DNA of 63,840 nucleotides, filler included, from Reclinomonas americana ATCC 50394 (Eukaryota): NCBI GenBank assembly GCA_048213135.1. It is 5 parts of 5 records of this genome, joined end to end, with 100 filler letters (N's around TTAATTAATTAA, not from the genome) between each part and the next. Parts side by side here need not be neighbours in the genome. Positions count along the whole stretch, not along the records: positions 31,583 to 41,625 come from AFZH01021510.1; positions 41,726 to 61,562 come from AFZH01021511.1; 3 more parts are not named here. One strand, 5' to 3'. Shown piece by piece: positions 36,524 to 49,300 of this stretch (position 1 is its first letter; each line of letters starts with the position of its first letter). The notes under the pieces were generated by a model. It saw only the letters and a program-made list of their open reading frames with translations, ran no database searches and was not told where the DNA came from. The position numbers and the translations under genes were made by a program.

Positions 36524-36829
36524 TTAGAGCCCCAAGCTGAAGCCGAACGAGGGTGCGTTCACTGCCTCGCCCTTCTGGCCCACTGGTCCCGACTCAGATG
36601 CCGACTCGACTGCGAGAAGAGTGAGCACAAAAAGAGTGGAAAATCAAGCACAACAGTCGACGAGCTCACCCTCGTTGTCCATGCCCAACACAGTGCTGTT
36701 GTTGCACAGTTCGTTGGTGAGTAATCACTGTGTGCGTGTGTGTGTGAGAAGAGAGAGAGAGAGAGTGTGCACTCACGTCTCTGTGTGTGCCTCCGAGGTG
36801 CCGTGCTCAGTCGATGTTGCGCTGCCCAT
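36524..36829 (-). CDS. 54-aa microprotein, paralog 2 (3 exons): MGSATSTEHGTSEAHTETTVLGMDNEVESASESGPVGQKGEAVNAPSFGFSLGL
   Basis: Exons 36829-36777, 36695-36670 and 36609-36524 total 165 nt with GTGAG..CAG introns; 43/54 aa identical to paralog 1. Confidence 0.85.
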
Positions 36830-37137
36830 TTTTCTGCACACCAATGGTGAGATGGCGCATGGCGAGAATGATCATGCACGCACACGCAGCGCACCTTTGC
36901 TCAGTGGATTGCGATGCGAGATGGTGTGAAAGTTCTCGCACAGAGAGTCCTGCGAAGTCGTACGTTGAAAGTCGGTTTCCTCGATATTTTACATTATCAA
37001 TCACGACCGTCTGCTTCGAGCGGGGAACCACCAAGCATTCACTCTCAACACGGAGGACTCACTTTGCCTTCGCCGGCGCGTTTCGACAGAATAGGACCCG
37101 CCAAATCCTGTCACCTGACAACTGCACAGCATTTCAC

Positions 37138-38505
37138 ATGGCCGCTCTCCGCGGCCACCTCATTGGCTCCTTCCCCGAGCACCCTCTGTGGGTCTCCGAC
37201 GTGGCCATCTGTGCACACTCCACGCCGCCTCTCGTGGCCACCACATGCGACGATGGCGTTGTGCGCGTATTCAATGCCCAAAGCACTGCGCTCGTGCACG
37301 CCCTCAACGCCGTGATCGAGCAAGGCGAGGTGTGGCGCTGTGCGTTTGCGCCACCGCCTGCTGTCACACTGGTGACTGTGGGAGGCCAGAATAGCGATTT
37401 CGAGGTGATGTGTTGGCAGCCGGAGACTGGCGTGCGCCAGTGGTGCGGCACGGAACACGACGATTCGATTCGGTGCCTGGCATTCACGCACAATGGGCTT
37501 TATGTTTTCACCGGTGGCAACGATCGCACCGTTGTGCAATGGACGGTGGCCACGGGCGAGCACCAGTCTGCCTTTGTCAGTCACCGACACGACGTGTGCG
37601 GCATGACGGTGTCGCAGGATGATCGGCTGCTGGTGACTGGGTGTGCCGATTGCGTGGTGCGCGTGTTCGATCTGGCGAGCAGACGGTGTGTGCGACAGTT
37701 TGAGGTGCCGAGCATGGTGTGGGATGTGCAACTGGTTCGTGGCGACACGGCGGTGGTGACCAGTCATCAAACCGACCCGGAGTTGCGCTTGTGGTCGGTG
37801 GCCACGGGTGAGCAGGTCGGCGCGGGCTGGAAGGGTCATACCGATCGGAATGCGTTCAATCTGGACGTGTCGGCCGACGGGCGGTACTTGCTGAGTGGCT
37901 CCTTGGGTGAGTGGTCTGCTTGCGAGTGACCATGATGACGATGATAGTGCTGATTGTAGTGGTGGCCATGGTGCAGATAAGACGGCGCGCGTATGGAACA
38001 TCCGCACCGGCCAGACGGTGGCGGTGCTGGCCGGTGGACACTCGGATGGAGTCTGGACGGCCAGGTTCTTGCCTGACGGCCGTGTGGTGACGGTGTCGCG
38101 CGACGCCAAGGTGCTCCTGTGGGATTGTGGTGAGTGTGCATGTGCGTGGCATGTCCGTGCGCTGATGTTGGCTCAACTGTCTCGCCGTGTGTTTCAGTGC
38201 GCGAGGATCAGATGGTGGAGCGAGAATGGATGGCAGCTGTGCAGGCGGTGGATGCGCTGTCGGTCGACTGTGCGGACGGGGAAGTGGAATCATCCCCAGA
38301 AGAGCAAGGGGACGAGGAGGAGGGTTCTCGGGGTACTGCCGCAACGGATGCGGGCGAAGGGGAGGAAGCTGAAGTGGAGGAGGAGGAGGAAGAAGAAGCA
38401 GAGGCACTCCCAAGGCTAGTCCTACGTTGCTTCCTCGCAGAGGACGCTCGCCTGCGCCTGCTGCGCATGCTGTGGGCGCGGGAAGACGAGGAGGCGGAGT
38501 CATGA
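37138..38505 (+). CDS. WD40-repeat protein with acidic C-terminal tail
   Basis: About 7 WD repeats (HDDSIRCLAF..TGGNDRTVVQW, HRHDVCGM..TGCADCVVRVFD, GHTDRNAFNLDVSADGRYLLSGSL|DKTARVWN, GHSDGVWTARF..SRDAKVLLWD). Confidence 0.9.
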
Positions 38506-38529
38506 TTACGCATTGTACACTACTCTCAT

Positions 38530-40932
38530 CTAGTCGATTCCCTGCCTTCTCGCCTGTTGCGACTGCGACAGCTGCACAGCGGCCATGATGGCCGAGACCA
38601 GGTCGTCGCGCAGCGTCGCCGTACTCGACAGCTGCCAGTTGATGTACGGCAAACCGGCCCACCGTGACCAATTCCGCAGCACGGCGTTGCGCCACACAGT
38701 CGGTGCAAACACCTCCAAAACAACGGTGCCAGGTGGCGCAAAGATAAAGTGCGTACAATCCGTGCCTGTGCATCACAGCGAGATGGTGAGCGTGCGTGCG
38801 CACTGGCATGCCTCGTTCCACCCCTGTTCACGCAACCCTCAAAGCACACGAGCACATCGGCGTGCTGAATGGCCTCGATGCGGTCGGCCAGCGATTTCAT
38901 GTCGCGGAAGCGGCGCTCCTCCACCACCACACTGCATGCGATCGTAAGACGATTGTTAATCAACGAGAGAGGAGACGTAAGCACGCGACGCAACCCGCGA
39001 AGTCGCTTGATTGGATTCTCCACTGCCTGCACGTGCTGTAAGTGCCTTTCCCCCACCACGATGAAGCCTTGTTGAGTGAGAAGACGCACCTGTAATGCCA
39101 GCGCGTGGTCCACGCTGTGCGCCAGAATCACTCGCACCGAGGACGACTCGGGCTCCGGCGGCGAAATCGGCAGACTCATTCTGCATCGTGGTACTGCTTT
39201 CAGTTCCTCATGTCGCCTCTCCCGCCCGCGCAGCCCCGTCTCACCTGCTCCTGATGAGTCCCACGAATCCCATCAAGAACTCACTCGGTCCGCAGTCATT
39301 CGGCCGCTCCGTGTCCTTCCACAGGAACGTGCTGCCGCCTGGCACCGCAATCACCACCCGCGACGCACACAGTGTGCCCGTCTCTGCACATATAACAAAG
39401 CGTTCAGCAACTGACTTGCTTCTGGCTGTGCTCGGCACTCACCAAAGAGCTGCTGCGTGTCGACAACGGGTCCGGCGGCCGACAAGTACTGCCACATGTC
39501 AACATAGGCGCCCCGTGCATGTCGGTCGATGATCACCACTTGCGGCTCGGCCAGGTTGCTGCTCGACACCACAAGTGCCATGTAGGCGCCGAACAGCTCG
39601 GCGATTCCTGCGCAGACACGTGGTGTCAATATCTCTCCCTTGAACAAGGAAGCGAGCAGCAGGGAGCAGCAGAACTGTTGAGCTGTCCATCGTCGTCGCC
39701 GCGGAACACTAACAACAGTGGTCCGCGCTCTACCCTTCGCGTGCACTTGTCGGCCAACGGCTCAGCCGTCGGTTGCACCATGTTCATGACGTCGCGCATT
39801 TGCAGCGGGTACTGCAACAGAGTCGTGAGTGCGCGTGGCTCCGCGAACCAGCTGCGTGAAGCGAAAAGAAAGAAGCAAACCTGCGTGCTGAGTAGTTTCG
39901 GCTCCGCAAGGCAATTGATCTGCAGTGCGCCATGCACGCCCACTACCAATGCCGATTGCCAATGAGACTCACGCAGCGACTGGGGAAGACAACAAGCAAC
40001 ACAAGAACGCAACACTTGAACTTGTCAATCGGAATGGCCACGTTGTCGAGCGTGCATATCACGTCGTCGCCACCATGTCGCACTTGCCGCAGCTGGTGGC
40101 AATCCACTCGCGACACCAGCTCCGCTGCGCCAGCAAGCAAGCAAGCAGTTGAGCAACAACACCCAGTGTTCCTCTGCAGCTGCAGCCCACTCACTAGCAC
40201 CGGCTGGCGACCGCGGAGCACACAACAAGCGACCCGCCTGCGCGAATCGCTTGGCCAAGCCAAAGCCCACTTGCTGCACGCACTGCTCGTCGGCCTGCGA
40301 CGCCAGACTCGTGCGCACACCCTTCTTGTCCACCTGCAAGAAATCCAACTGCGACAATTGCGGCGACAGTGGCGCCGAGGGGAAGCACTGCAGCACAGCA
40401 TCTACCCACGCGCATGCGCACACCATCATGACAAGCACCACGTGTTGCACAACATACACGCACACACGCACCAAAAGGCGATCCGACTGGCTTCTTTTGC
40501 TGCTGCTGCTGCGGCTGCTGTTCTTGCTTGCTCTGCTTGGCGGCGACCTTGGCCTCCTCGACCTTCTTGCGCAGTGTCTTGATGCGGCCTCTGACGCCCT
40601 CCAGATCGCGTTCCAGTCGCCGCACACTCGCCTGCGCTGCCGATCGCTCCGCGTCCATCTCCTTCACCTGCACACCACGCTCATCGACCAGCTCAACCAG
40701 TGTCATCAGATGCGCTTGCTGCACGGTCTGTGTGCGTGTGTGCAGAGTCAGGCGATCAAAGTGCAACTTCAATTGCGCATGCATTACGCACCAACTCATT
40801 CCGCGCAGTGCTCAGTCCGACTGCGCCGACGAACACGATCACCGCCAGTGGGAGACAACAGCACAGGCCGACACCGTAGAGAAACACTCGCGGGTATCGC
40901 TGCACCCATACGACAAAACCACCGCCGGCCAT
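38530..40932 (-). CDS. Type II membrane glycosyltransferase, family 61 (EOGT/DUF563-like), with coiled-coil stem
   Basis: N-terminal TM (FLYGVGLCCCLPLAVIVFVGAVGL), a coiled-coil exon, then AELFGAYMAL, IQHADVLV and a C-terminal HGTDCTHFIFAPPGTVVLEV matching the GT61 HGAxLxxxxFxxPGxxVxE motif. Confidence 0.72.
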
Positions 40933-40999
40933 AGCGGAGCGATGGGTCGAATTGAAGTGATCGCCGCAGATCGCCAGTCGACCAACACATCGTATAACG

Positions 41000-41625
41000 A
41001 TGGACTCACGCGAGAGACTTGTGGAGATTGTCGGCGACGCAGCGGCATCGATCGAGGCGCGCACCAAGGCCCTCGTGCAGGCGTGTTATCTGTACGGTCA
41101 GTCGCGCGTTGATCGCCTCTCTCTTTGTTTTTTCACAACTTCTCTCTCTCTCACACACACGTGCGCGCGCAGATGAGCTTGACGATCTGGTCGGCGACGG
41201 TCTGTTCTACGCCGCACGCGCTCTGGTCGATGCCGTGCGACGCGGTGAAAACGCAGAAATCGAAGAGGAGATCGCGGACACACTCGGCGTCTTCTTCTTA
41301 TCGGCAGTGGCATGCGAGGCCGGCGACGCTCAGCGAGGTCCGCCTCCACACCTCTCCTCATCGCCGCATGCTCTTATTAGTTATTTGTTGGGCAGAGGTA
41401 CACGCGCTGCTGGTGGCCTCGGTGCTCGAATCCGGCTTGCTGGTGAGCCTCCTCGCCAAGTGCGACGAGGACGAGGAGGCGAGCACGTGGGAGAACGCTA
41501 TCATGGCGTTGGTGGCCGGCGAGGAAGCCGCGCGATCGCTCGCCGAGGCACTCTTGGTGCATCCGCATGGACGACAGATGTTGCGGCAGTTGCTGCGCTT
41601 GCCGGCGGCGGCCACTGAGCCGACC
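41000..41625 (+). CDS. 3'-truncated alpha-helical hypothetical protein
   Basis: MDSRERLVEIVGDAAASIEARTKALVQACY|DELDDLV..|EVHALLVASVLESGLL..; the frame is open up to the linker. Confidence 0.55.
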
Positions 41626-41725
41626 NNNNNNNNNNNNNNNNNNNNNNNNNNNNNNNNNNNNNNNNNNNNTTAATTAATTAANNNNNNNNNNNNNNNNNNN
41701 NNNNNNNNNNNNNNNNNNNNNNNNN
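41626..41725. other. Artificial contig linker
   Basis: N44-TTAATTAATTAA-N44. Confidence 0.97.
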
Positions 41726-41893
41726 GCGCTTGCAGAGCTGCAATCCACTGAGGAAGAGGACGTGGAGGAAGAAGACGATGAGCGCGCCGCCATTCGCAGC
41801 GCACTGCGCGAGTCACACATCGAGCAGTACCTGCTCGCCTCCACCGCCGACCACAAACAACTGCTCGACCACGTGCACCGACTCCTTAACTGA
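41726..41893 (+). CDS. 3' end of a truncated gene (acidic helical tail)
   Basis: Open frame ALAELQSTEEEDVEEEDDERAAIRSALRESHIEQYLLASTADHKQLLDHVHRLLN* with coding-like codon usage. Confidence 0.45.
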   Translation, partial: ALAELQSTEEEDVEEEDDERAAIRSALRESHIEQYLLASTADHKQLLDHVHRLLN

Positions 41894-41930
41894 AATGATT
41901 ATACTGCGTGTGTTTTCTTTTTCTTCTTCT

Positions 41931-42401
41931 TCACAAGTCGCCGCCTATCGGCTCCACCTCCACGTGGTCGTCGCCCTCTGTTCTCCTCCGCCTCCGCTCA
42001 CCACGCATTCTCCAGTCGGCCTCGTCATCAGATTCCGTCTGCAGCTCCTCCGCAGCGCTCGTCACCGCCTCATCACGCACTTCTTCCTTCTCCTCCTCCT
42101 CGGCGTCGTCACTGACCAACAGATCCGCATCACCGACAGCACTCTTCTCCTCCTCCTTCTCCTCCACAGCCGCCGACGGAGGCAGCAAATCCATCATGGC
42201 CACCATCGCCTTTTGTTGTTCCATTGGTGGAGGCGGCGGCGAGGGAGTCATCAGCACGGAAGAGCCAGTGACACTGCTGTCACGCGCACTTGCTCGCGCG
42301 TTGCCGACACCCAGAAAGAGAATGAACATCGGCGCCACCGTGAACAGCGCAATCGACAGCACAACGAGCCGCGTCATGCGCGCGTTGCTGCCACCCGCCA
42401 T
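41931..42401 (-). CDS. Small single-exon acidic protein with N-terminal signal/TM segment
   Basis: LVVLSIALFTVAPMFILFLGVG followed by a Pro/Glu/Asp-rich region. Confidence 0.55.
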   Translation of the reverse strand: MAGGSNARMTRLVVLSIALFTVAPMFILFLGVGNARASARDSSVTGSSVLMTPSPPPPPMEQQKAMVAMMDLLPPSAAVEEKEEEKSAVGDADLLVSDDAEEEEKEEVRDEAVTSAAEELQTESDDEADWRMRGERRRRRTEGDDHVEVEPIGGDL

Positions 42402-42486
42402 TGCGCGCACACACAGACGAGAGTTGGCGAGTTACAATACGAAATTTCCTGGCGGTTGAAACCGTCGGACGCGCTTCTCAACAAAG

Positions 42487-45400
42487 ATGATGGTGACGCG
42501 CTCACTCTGCCACACGCGCTCTCACTGTGTGCTCACTCTGTCAATCGCAGTGGTCACCAGAGACACACAGCGACGACGACTCGTACGATCCACTGGTTCC
42601 GTCTGTCATTGCTCGCTCGCTTGTCTCTCTGTCTCTCTGTGTGTGTGACTCACACGCGCGCCCCCAGGCCAAGCTCGCTGGCGTTCGCGATCCATACCGT
42701 CCATCGACAATGTACCCGCCTCCGCCTGCACCGCCGCCCGCGATTGTTCCTCCTCCGCCAATGATGATGATGGGCGCGCCTCCTATGATGCCGCCTCCAC
42801 CTGCTGCTGCTGCTGTTGCCAATGTGCCTCCGCCTTGGGCCGGTATGCGCTCATCTCATCGTTCATCATTGTGTTCGACTTGTTCGGTCTCATTGCATGT
42901 ATCGCAGTTGTCGGACCGTATGGCGACAATCCAGCGGACGCGGCAGCCGTGGCTGCGTTGACTTCGATGGTGGACATGCAGATGGCTCAGTTGCGGCAGT
43001 CGGCGCTGAGGAAACGGCAGCTGGCGGCGGAAGTCAAGGTCTCTTTCTGTGCCTCTGGTTCCTCCTCCAGTGCCTGCGTGTTATTCACTCTTGATTGTGC
43101 GTGCGTGTGCAGAGTCAGCAGCAGGTCAGATCGCGGCATGTGCAGCAGGAGCGTGAGCGGCAACTGGAGTCGTTGGTGGTGGCGATTGATTCGCGGACTC
43201 GGCAGAGTGAAGTCAAGCAAGACAGTTGCGATTTCCAGCTTGTGTGTTCGTGCGTGCATGCACTGACGTGCCGCCGTGCAGCCACCCTGCAAGTACTGCA
43301 GACGCAGAATGTGGCCCTGCAGCAGCTGCTTACCGAGTACCTGCAGGCTGGCATCAACGAGAAGAAGTTGCGAATGTAGTCGCCGTCGCGCGCTGCGTGC
43401 ATGTCACCGACTCATCCTTTTTGAGTGACACAGACAAGCCGCCAGTGGGGCTCTGCAGCCGGGCATGCCGCCACCTGGCCACCCGATGTACCCGTACCCA
43501 CCATACTACATGATGCCTCCACCGCCACAGGCCTATGATCGTGCCCGCGATCCGGCAGCGTCTTATGCGTATCCCCAGCCGAATCAATCACAACAACCTC
43601 CGAATCCATACACGCCGTACTCGACCGCAGCTGGCGGTTTCCCTGCTGCGCCGACGCAACAAGCACAGCAAGGAGCACAGCAAGGCGGCATGCAATTACA
43701 AGTCCCCCGCGCAGCACCGCACGGATCGGAGAGTCATGGGACGCTGATGGTGAGTGGAGGCATTCAGTCGCTTTATCCCTTGCTCGAAATCCTTGCCCTC
43801 CTCGTCAAATAACTGTCTTCTTCACATCGACTATCCTTTCCTCACTCTTCTCCTTCATCTCCCTCTGCACAGGACGACTTGAAGCGCTCGCTCGATGCCG
43901 ACCTCCGCCAATCGAAGAAGCTCAAGCCCGACGAAGGACACCTGGCCGCCGACGCTCTGCGCGCGCTGCGTGCCGAGAACCCCGGCATGAATGACACGCT
44001 GTTGCAGATTGAGTCCAGTAGTTACGTGTGTCGCTGACCCTGCTCGCATTGCTCCACCCGCTGTGCCACTCACTGCGTCGACGCAGTGGCCGACGTCTCC
44101 AAAATCGACCGATCGCCACGCGAGGATGCCGGCAGGAATCGTAGAGGTAGGCAGACGAGAGTAGCAACCGACTTCTGCTCTCTTTCTGTGCCTCACGCCA
44201 TCGCGCCACTGTAGGCAATCGCACAACTCTTTCGCTGGAGGACGCACCTGCTGGTGGTGATTTGGGTGCTCTCTCGCCGAGCAATGTGCCTGCGGCCAAG
44301 CGTCGTGTGCGCTCGTTTATCGGTCTCTTCTTCAAGGTCGTCGTGTTTGTACAGTTCCTCAGTAGAGAGACTGACGAGGTTGGTTCTCTCCTTCTCTCTC
44401 TCTCTCTCTCTCCTTCGCGTGTGAGTTGACTGTTGTTGTGCACCGTGAATGCAGTCGAAGCGAGTGGTGCTGGAGGGACGCGCTGCGACAGCCGAGCTGT
44501 TGCAGTCTTTCGAGAGACGCGGCGCCACTGGGTTTATGAAGCAGTGCGTTCGCGTCCCGCTACTCACCGTGGTGCACGAGCCAAACACCGATCTGCGACT
44601 GGTCGGTGGCACGCAGCGTGCATTCATGTGCATTCGGTATGTATCATGTGCTTCTGTGTTGTGACACTTCCTCCTCCTTGCTCATGTGTATTTGCATGTG
44701 GGCGACAGCTGGGGATCGGTGTCGGCCGAGGAACGCAATGCACGGGTCATGAAGCTGAAAGTGCGCACACGCAGCTTCATGCACGCTCTGCTCGAGTCGT
44801 GCAATCCAGCTGCCGGAGCGCAATCCGAGGACGAGCGACTGAACAGATTATCCCTGCTGCGCTTCCTCGGCAACGTCGTGGGCGACGGGATTTACTTTCC
44901 GCCCGGCTACTTGTGGCCGTGGGAATTGGTTCGCCAGTCACCCTTTGTGCATGGAGGAGTCGGGTGGACCCGCTCACACTTTCCCTTTTCGACTTGCAGG
45001 AAGTGCTGCAGCCGTTCACACCCTCCGGCGCCACCATGGACATGACGCCTGTGAAGCGCCAGATTGTGGTCATTGGGTACCTGGTTTCGCGCATTCTGAT
45101 TCCCAAGGTTCTTCTGCCTACTGTGCACCACCCCTCAGTTGTCATCGTGACACCCATCCGCAATGTCGGCGCAGGTGTTGTGCAGTAACGTGTACACGGG
45201 AACGACGCGCGACAACCTCAGTCTGCTGGCCACCATTCTCCACTTGTGCGTCATGCGTGCAGCCTATCCCACCATTCGCGATTGGCATCTGGTGGAGGAG
45301 GTGCGATTTGTTTTCATAGTCATTGTCGTGTGGACAAGCTGGTGACTGACAAGCGCACAGCGAGAAAGCCCGGAAATGGTGCACGACTTGGTGTTGGATC

Positions 45401-45998
45401 GGGAGTCTCTGTGGATACTCTTCGAAGATGTTATTGAGGAGGAATCGGTGAGTGTGTGCACTCCTCCTCCTCTTCATTCCCCCTCTTTGCTTACCCACTG
45501 TCACGCACAGCGGAGACTCCGTCTGTGGGCAGCAACGTTGCTCACACAAGTGGAGGAGGTGGGACGAGTCGGCATTGTTGGCGACACGGTGGAGCTGCGT
45601 CGCGAGGCTTTCGCTAAGGAGACCGATCGGTGGCGCGTTCGACTCATGGCCTACGGTTGCGTGATCGTGTTGCTTCACTGCCTCGGACTCGAGCTCGAGC
45701 TCACATCGTGCTTCCTCCGATAGCCGGCATGGCACTGAGTCCTCGCAGCGCCGGACTGATTGGCGAGCCAGAACTGGCCGCCATTGCCGCTCGCCGGCGA
45801 ATGCAAGCCTCGCTGCAGCAGCACCACGCACGCCAGTACTCGTCGTCCATCGCACCCTCCCAGCCCGCCTCGTCAGTGGCCGCACAAGACACCAGCCTCG
45901 CCGCCGCAGCAGCAGCAGCACAACCGAGACCAGAAGTCATTGCGCGTGGAGTGCGTGCGGCCATGCCCGGCGCAGCAGTGACTCGCGTCTCGCGATGA
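42487..45998 (+). CDS. Large multi-exon hypothetical protein (Pro/Met/Tyr-rich N-terminus, coiled coil, helical C-terminal domain)
   Basis: Consecutive exons joined by GT-AG introns; C-terminal domain DGIYFPPGYLWPWEL..VSRILIPKVLLP..NLSLLATILH. Could be two genes. Confidence 0.55.
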
Positions 45999-46397
45999 CA
46001 CAATATACAGTGCCCCGCAAAAACTCTTGCATGCATTGGTCAATTGGTCTCCGCACTTTTTGTTTCGCAAGCGTGCACCATACAGGCCACCGCAGCTTTC
46101 TTCACTGTGCGGTCGCGCCTCTCGTCTCACAGTCCACAGACTTCGATTGTACTCGTGATCACAGGCAATATCAGGTGTTTCGTACGTTGCTCGCGCGAAA
46201 CCGTTGTGATTTCATCAGCTTTTCGAGAGAAAATAACATTACAGGCAAGCAGTGAGCAGTAGTGGTGCACGCGACGGAGTGTTGAGTGAGTGAGTGGCGA
46301 AAACTCTCTCTCTTTCTCTCAAAAGAGCGACGAATACCGTGCCCAGTGTCTCAACAGCAGCACTTCAAGAGAGTGTCGTGTGGTGGCACGCGCAATC

Positions 46398-49300
46398 ATG
46401 GACTCCTCGCGATGCGACATGGAGCTGATGTTCCACGTGCGTGCTCACACACACTGCGCGATCACTGTCTCTCTCTGTGCGCGTGTGTGCGTTGTCTGTC
46501 TCACTCACTCTTGTGTGCACAGTTGCTGTGGACGCAGCCGGAGGGCAACAAGAAGGCCGACTTGCGCAATCGTAACGATCTGCTCATCCGAGTGCCAGAG
46601 ACAGTCGTCTATCGCCATGGAGTCATTGTCAACTGGTGCGACTTGACACACAAACACAGACACAGAGAGAGAGAGAAACAGCGATGATTCTGACATTGGC
46701 GAGGGGTGTTTTTCTGTGCAGGTATTTCACCTCGTTCAAGGACAAGCGCATCAAGAAGAAGAGTTCGCGAAATCGACGCAGTGTGGAAGTGTTGCGCACA
46801 TTCCTCGGCGTCGGAGGCAAACGGGCAGACTCGGAATCGCCGGTATGTTCATTGTGTCGCTGCAGGCATAGAAAGGAAGAGGAGAGCCGCTCATGTCTTG
46901 TCTTGTCACGCTCAGCATTTCAATCCGCTGGCCAATCGTAATCGACCGCAAGGCGCTGTTTACCAAGGCGGAGGCGTGGTCAGTGGCGAATCGTCGTCGT
47001 TGTCTGCGGCGGCTCCGAGTGCGCCCGCGCAGGCGACGCCCGAGACCGATTCGTCCAAGGCGGCGGCGGCTGCCGCGGCCTATCGCAAGTCCAAGGCCTC
47101 GCGTGCGGCTCGTGAGAGCGACGATAAGCATATTAGCAAGTCGGAGGATACGGTGCTGCTCAAGTCGATTGGCGAGCGAGACTTTTGCCCGCCGGATCAG
47201 GTGGTGGCCACGCTGACCAGGGCCGATCGTGGAGGTGCGGGTGGATTACTGATTGTGTGTTTTTGTTGTGGAGGGGTGCTCATCGCTTGTGCGCCTCGCC
47301 AGCCTCCGGCAACATTGAGTACAGTGTCGAGTTCTACGTGGAGCGCGAACTGAGTTGCGTCATGTCATGCGTCGCCGAGGCGGTGACTCTTCTTCGTCAG
47401 TGACTCACGCACGCACACACACAGAGAGCATTCTGCTGCACCAGACGCTGGACTCGCAGAACTTTATCTTGCAGCGCTTTGTCGAACCGTGCGCCGACTC
47501 CACCGGCAACGTCCGCAATCGTTGCGTTCCTGCACCTGTCTTGTTGATAGTCTTTCGACTCACCCCTCCTCCCTCCCACAGATGTCATTCAAGTCGTGTG
47601 GACGCCATCGTACTGCCAGGTGGAAAAGTTCGCCAACCGACATCCTCTCAAGGTCGCCGAGGGCGGTCTGCACATCAACGGCAAGCCTCGGTCACGTCGC
47701 TCGCGACGATCGGTGTCACCAGGGTTGCGTTGTCCCTCCTTGTCGAAGAGCATTTCTGCGTCGTTGTGTCGCTCACCACCACCTGTGCGCGCACAGACCA
47801 CGAGGTGGCTCCGAGGCGCCGACTGGACTCGCCAATCCCTCCTCGAGAAGCTTGCAACACAAGTATCTCACGGTCGAGAGCGAGGGCGTGCGCTACTGCA
47901 GCATTGGTGCGGGATTACTTTTACGATGTTCCGTGTCCCCCAACAGCGTCCACTGACACGATCTCGCCCTCCTCTTTTCTTCTCTTGCACGCATCGCAGT
48001 GCCAATATCCTCTCGCGTACAACAACTGGTCGAGCGCACAGCAGGTGCCATGGCCTCGCACATCAACTCGGTGTTGCGCCGCGAGTACGTGTCGGGCATG
48101 GTGTTGCACTTCCGCATGGATGCCGAGGGCGCTCTCTGGTTCCTGTGGTGCAACTCGCTGAAACTCAAGCGCAAGGATGAGTACGCCATGGCGCATCGTC
48201 CACTCGTCCTCGAGTCGTTCGTGCCGTCGGCCGAGGTGCCGCAGCTGCCGCGAGAGTGGACCTGTCCGATGTGTGATTCATGTTGCGTGCTACGTACAGC
48301 TCGTACGTCGGCCCCTCGTTGACCATTCTCCTGACCTGATCCCCCCACGCAGCTCGCCGATCACCTTGCTCTCTCCACTTGCGCACCTTGCTGATGCTGT
48401 ACACGGATGGCATGCACGATGCGCAGGATGCAGTCACTGGTGGCGGTCCACTGCGACAATCTTGTGCGTTTCCTGCTTTTCATCATCATCATCGCATCGT
48501 TGGCTTGCTCACAAATCCATCATGTTTCATCGTGCAGTGGACTTGGCGGCAGAGAGTGTGGCATCGCGATTGGCGCAGGGCCGGATGCAGTTCTCAGTCA
48601 CTGCGGTGCGTGCACTTGCATTCAGTCTGCATGATGCTTGACGTAGCCACACAATCTCACTCGCATGCCGGCCGCGCGCGCAGCATTCACAATCTGGCGC
48701 CTCCGATCGTGGCGTGTCAGGTACACCGGCTGCATTCGGCACACACCTCGATGTACCAGATGGTGCAAGTGGTCGCACCACACCCGACGCCCGCAGCAGT
48801 GTGAGCAGCACGCACAGTCGGCGCGGCCGTGAGTCGCCTTTCACTCAGCAGGTGAGCTGAGCATAAAGAAGAGAGCTACGCGCGCATTGTGGTGCTCACG
48901 TCGTCTCTCCAGGAGTCGTCCATTGGTGACGTACATCCGCTGGTGGAGTTGCTTGCTCGGCTCTTCCGCAAGGCCGGCCGACTGCCGGTGGAGGAAACAG
49001 TGCCACTGAAGACGGCCGGCTCGCAGCGTATTCCGTTCTCCTCGACACCCCACGGCGACGTGTCACCGAGTGGAGCGTTGCGTCTGCCATTTGATCTCTG
49101 CTCTGCTGACGCAACAATGACCAACGTCGAGTGCTGCAGGAGTGAGCCGTCCAGCACGCGATCGCTCGCCTCTGTGCTCTTCAAGCCTCAACAGCAGCAA
49201 GTCATTCGGCGACCAGAACATCTGATTGTCAAGGAATGCCAAGCCGTCATCAAGAGCATTGCCGGCATGCCGTCGTTCTGGGATCAGACGATTGAGCTGT

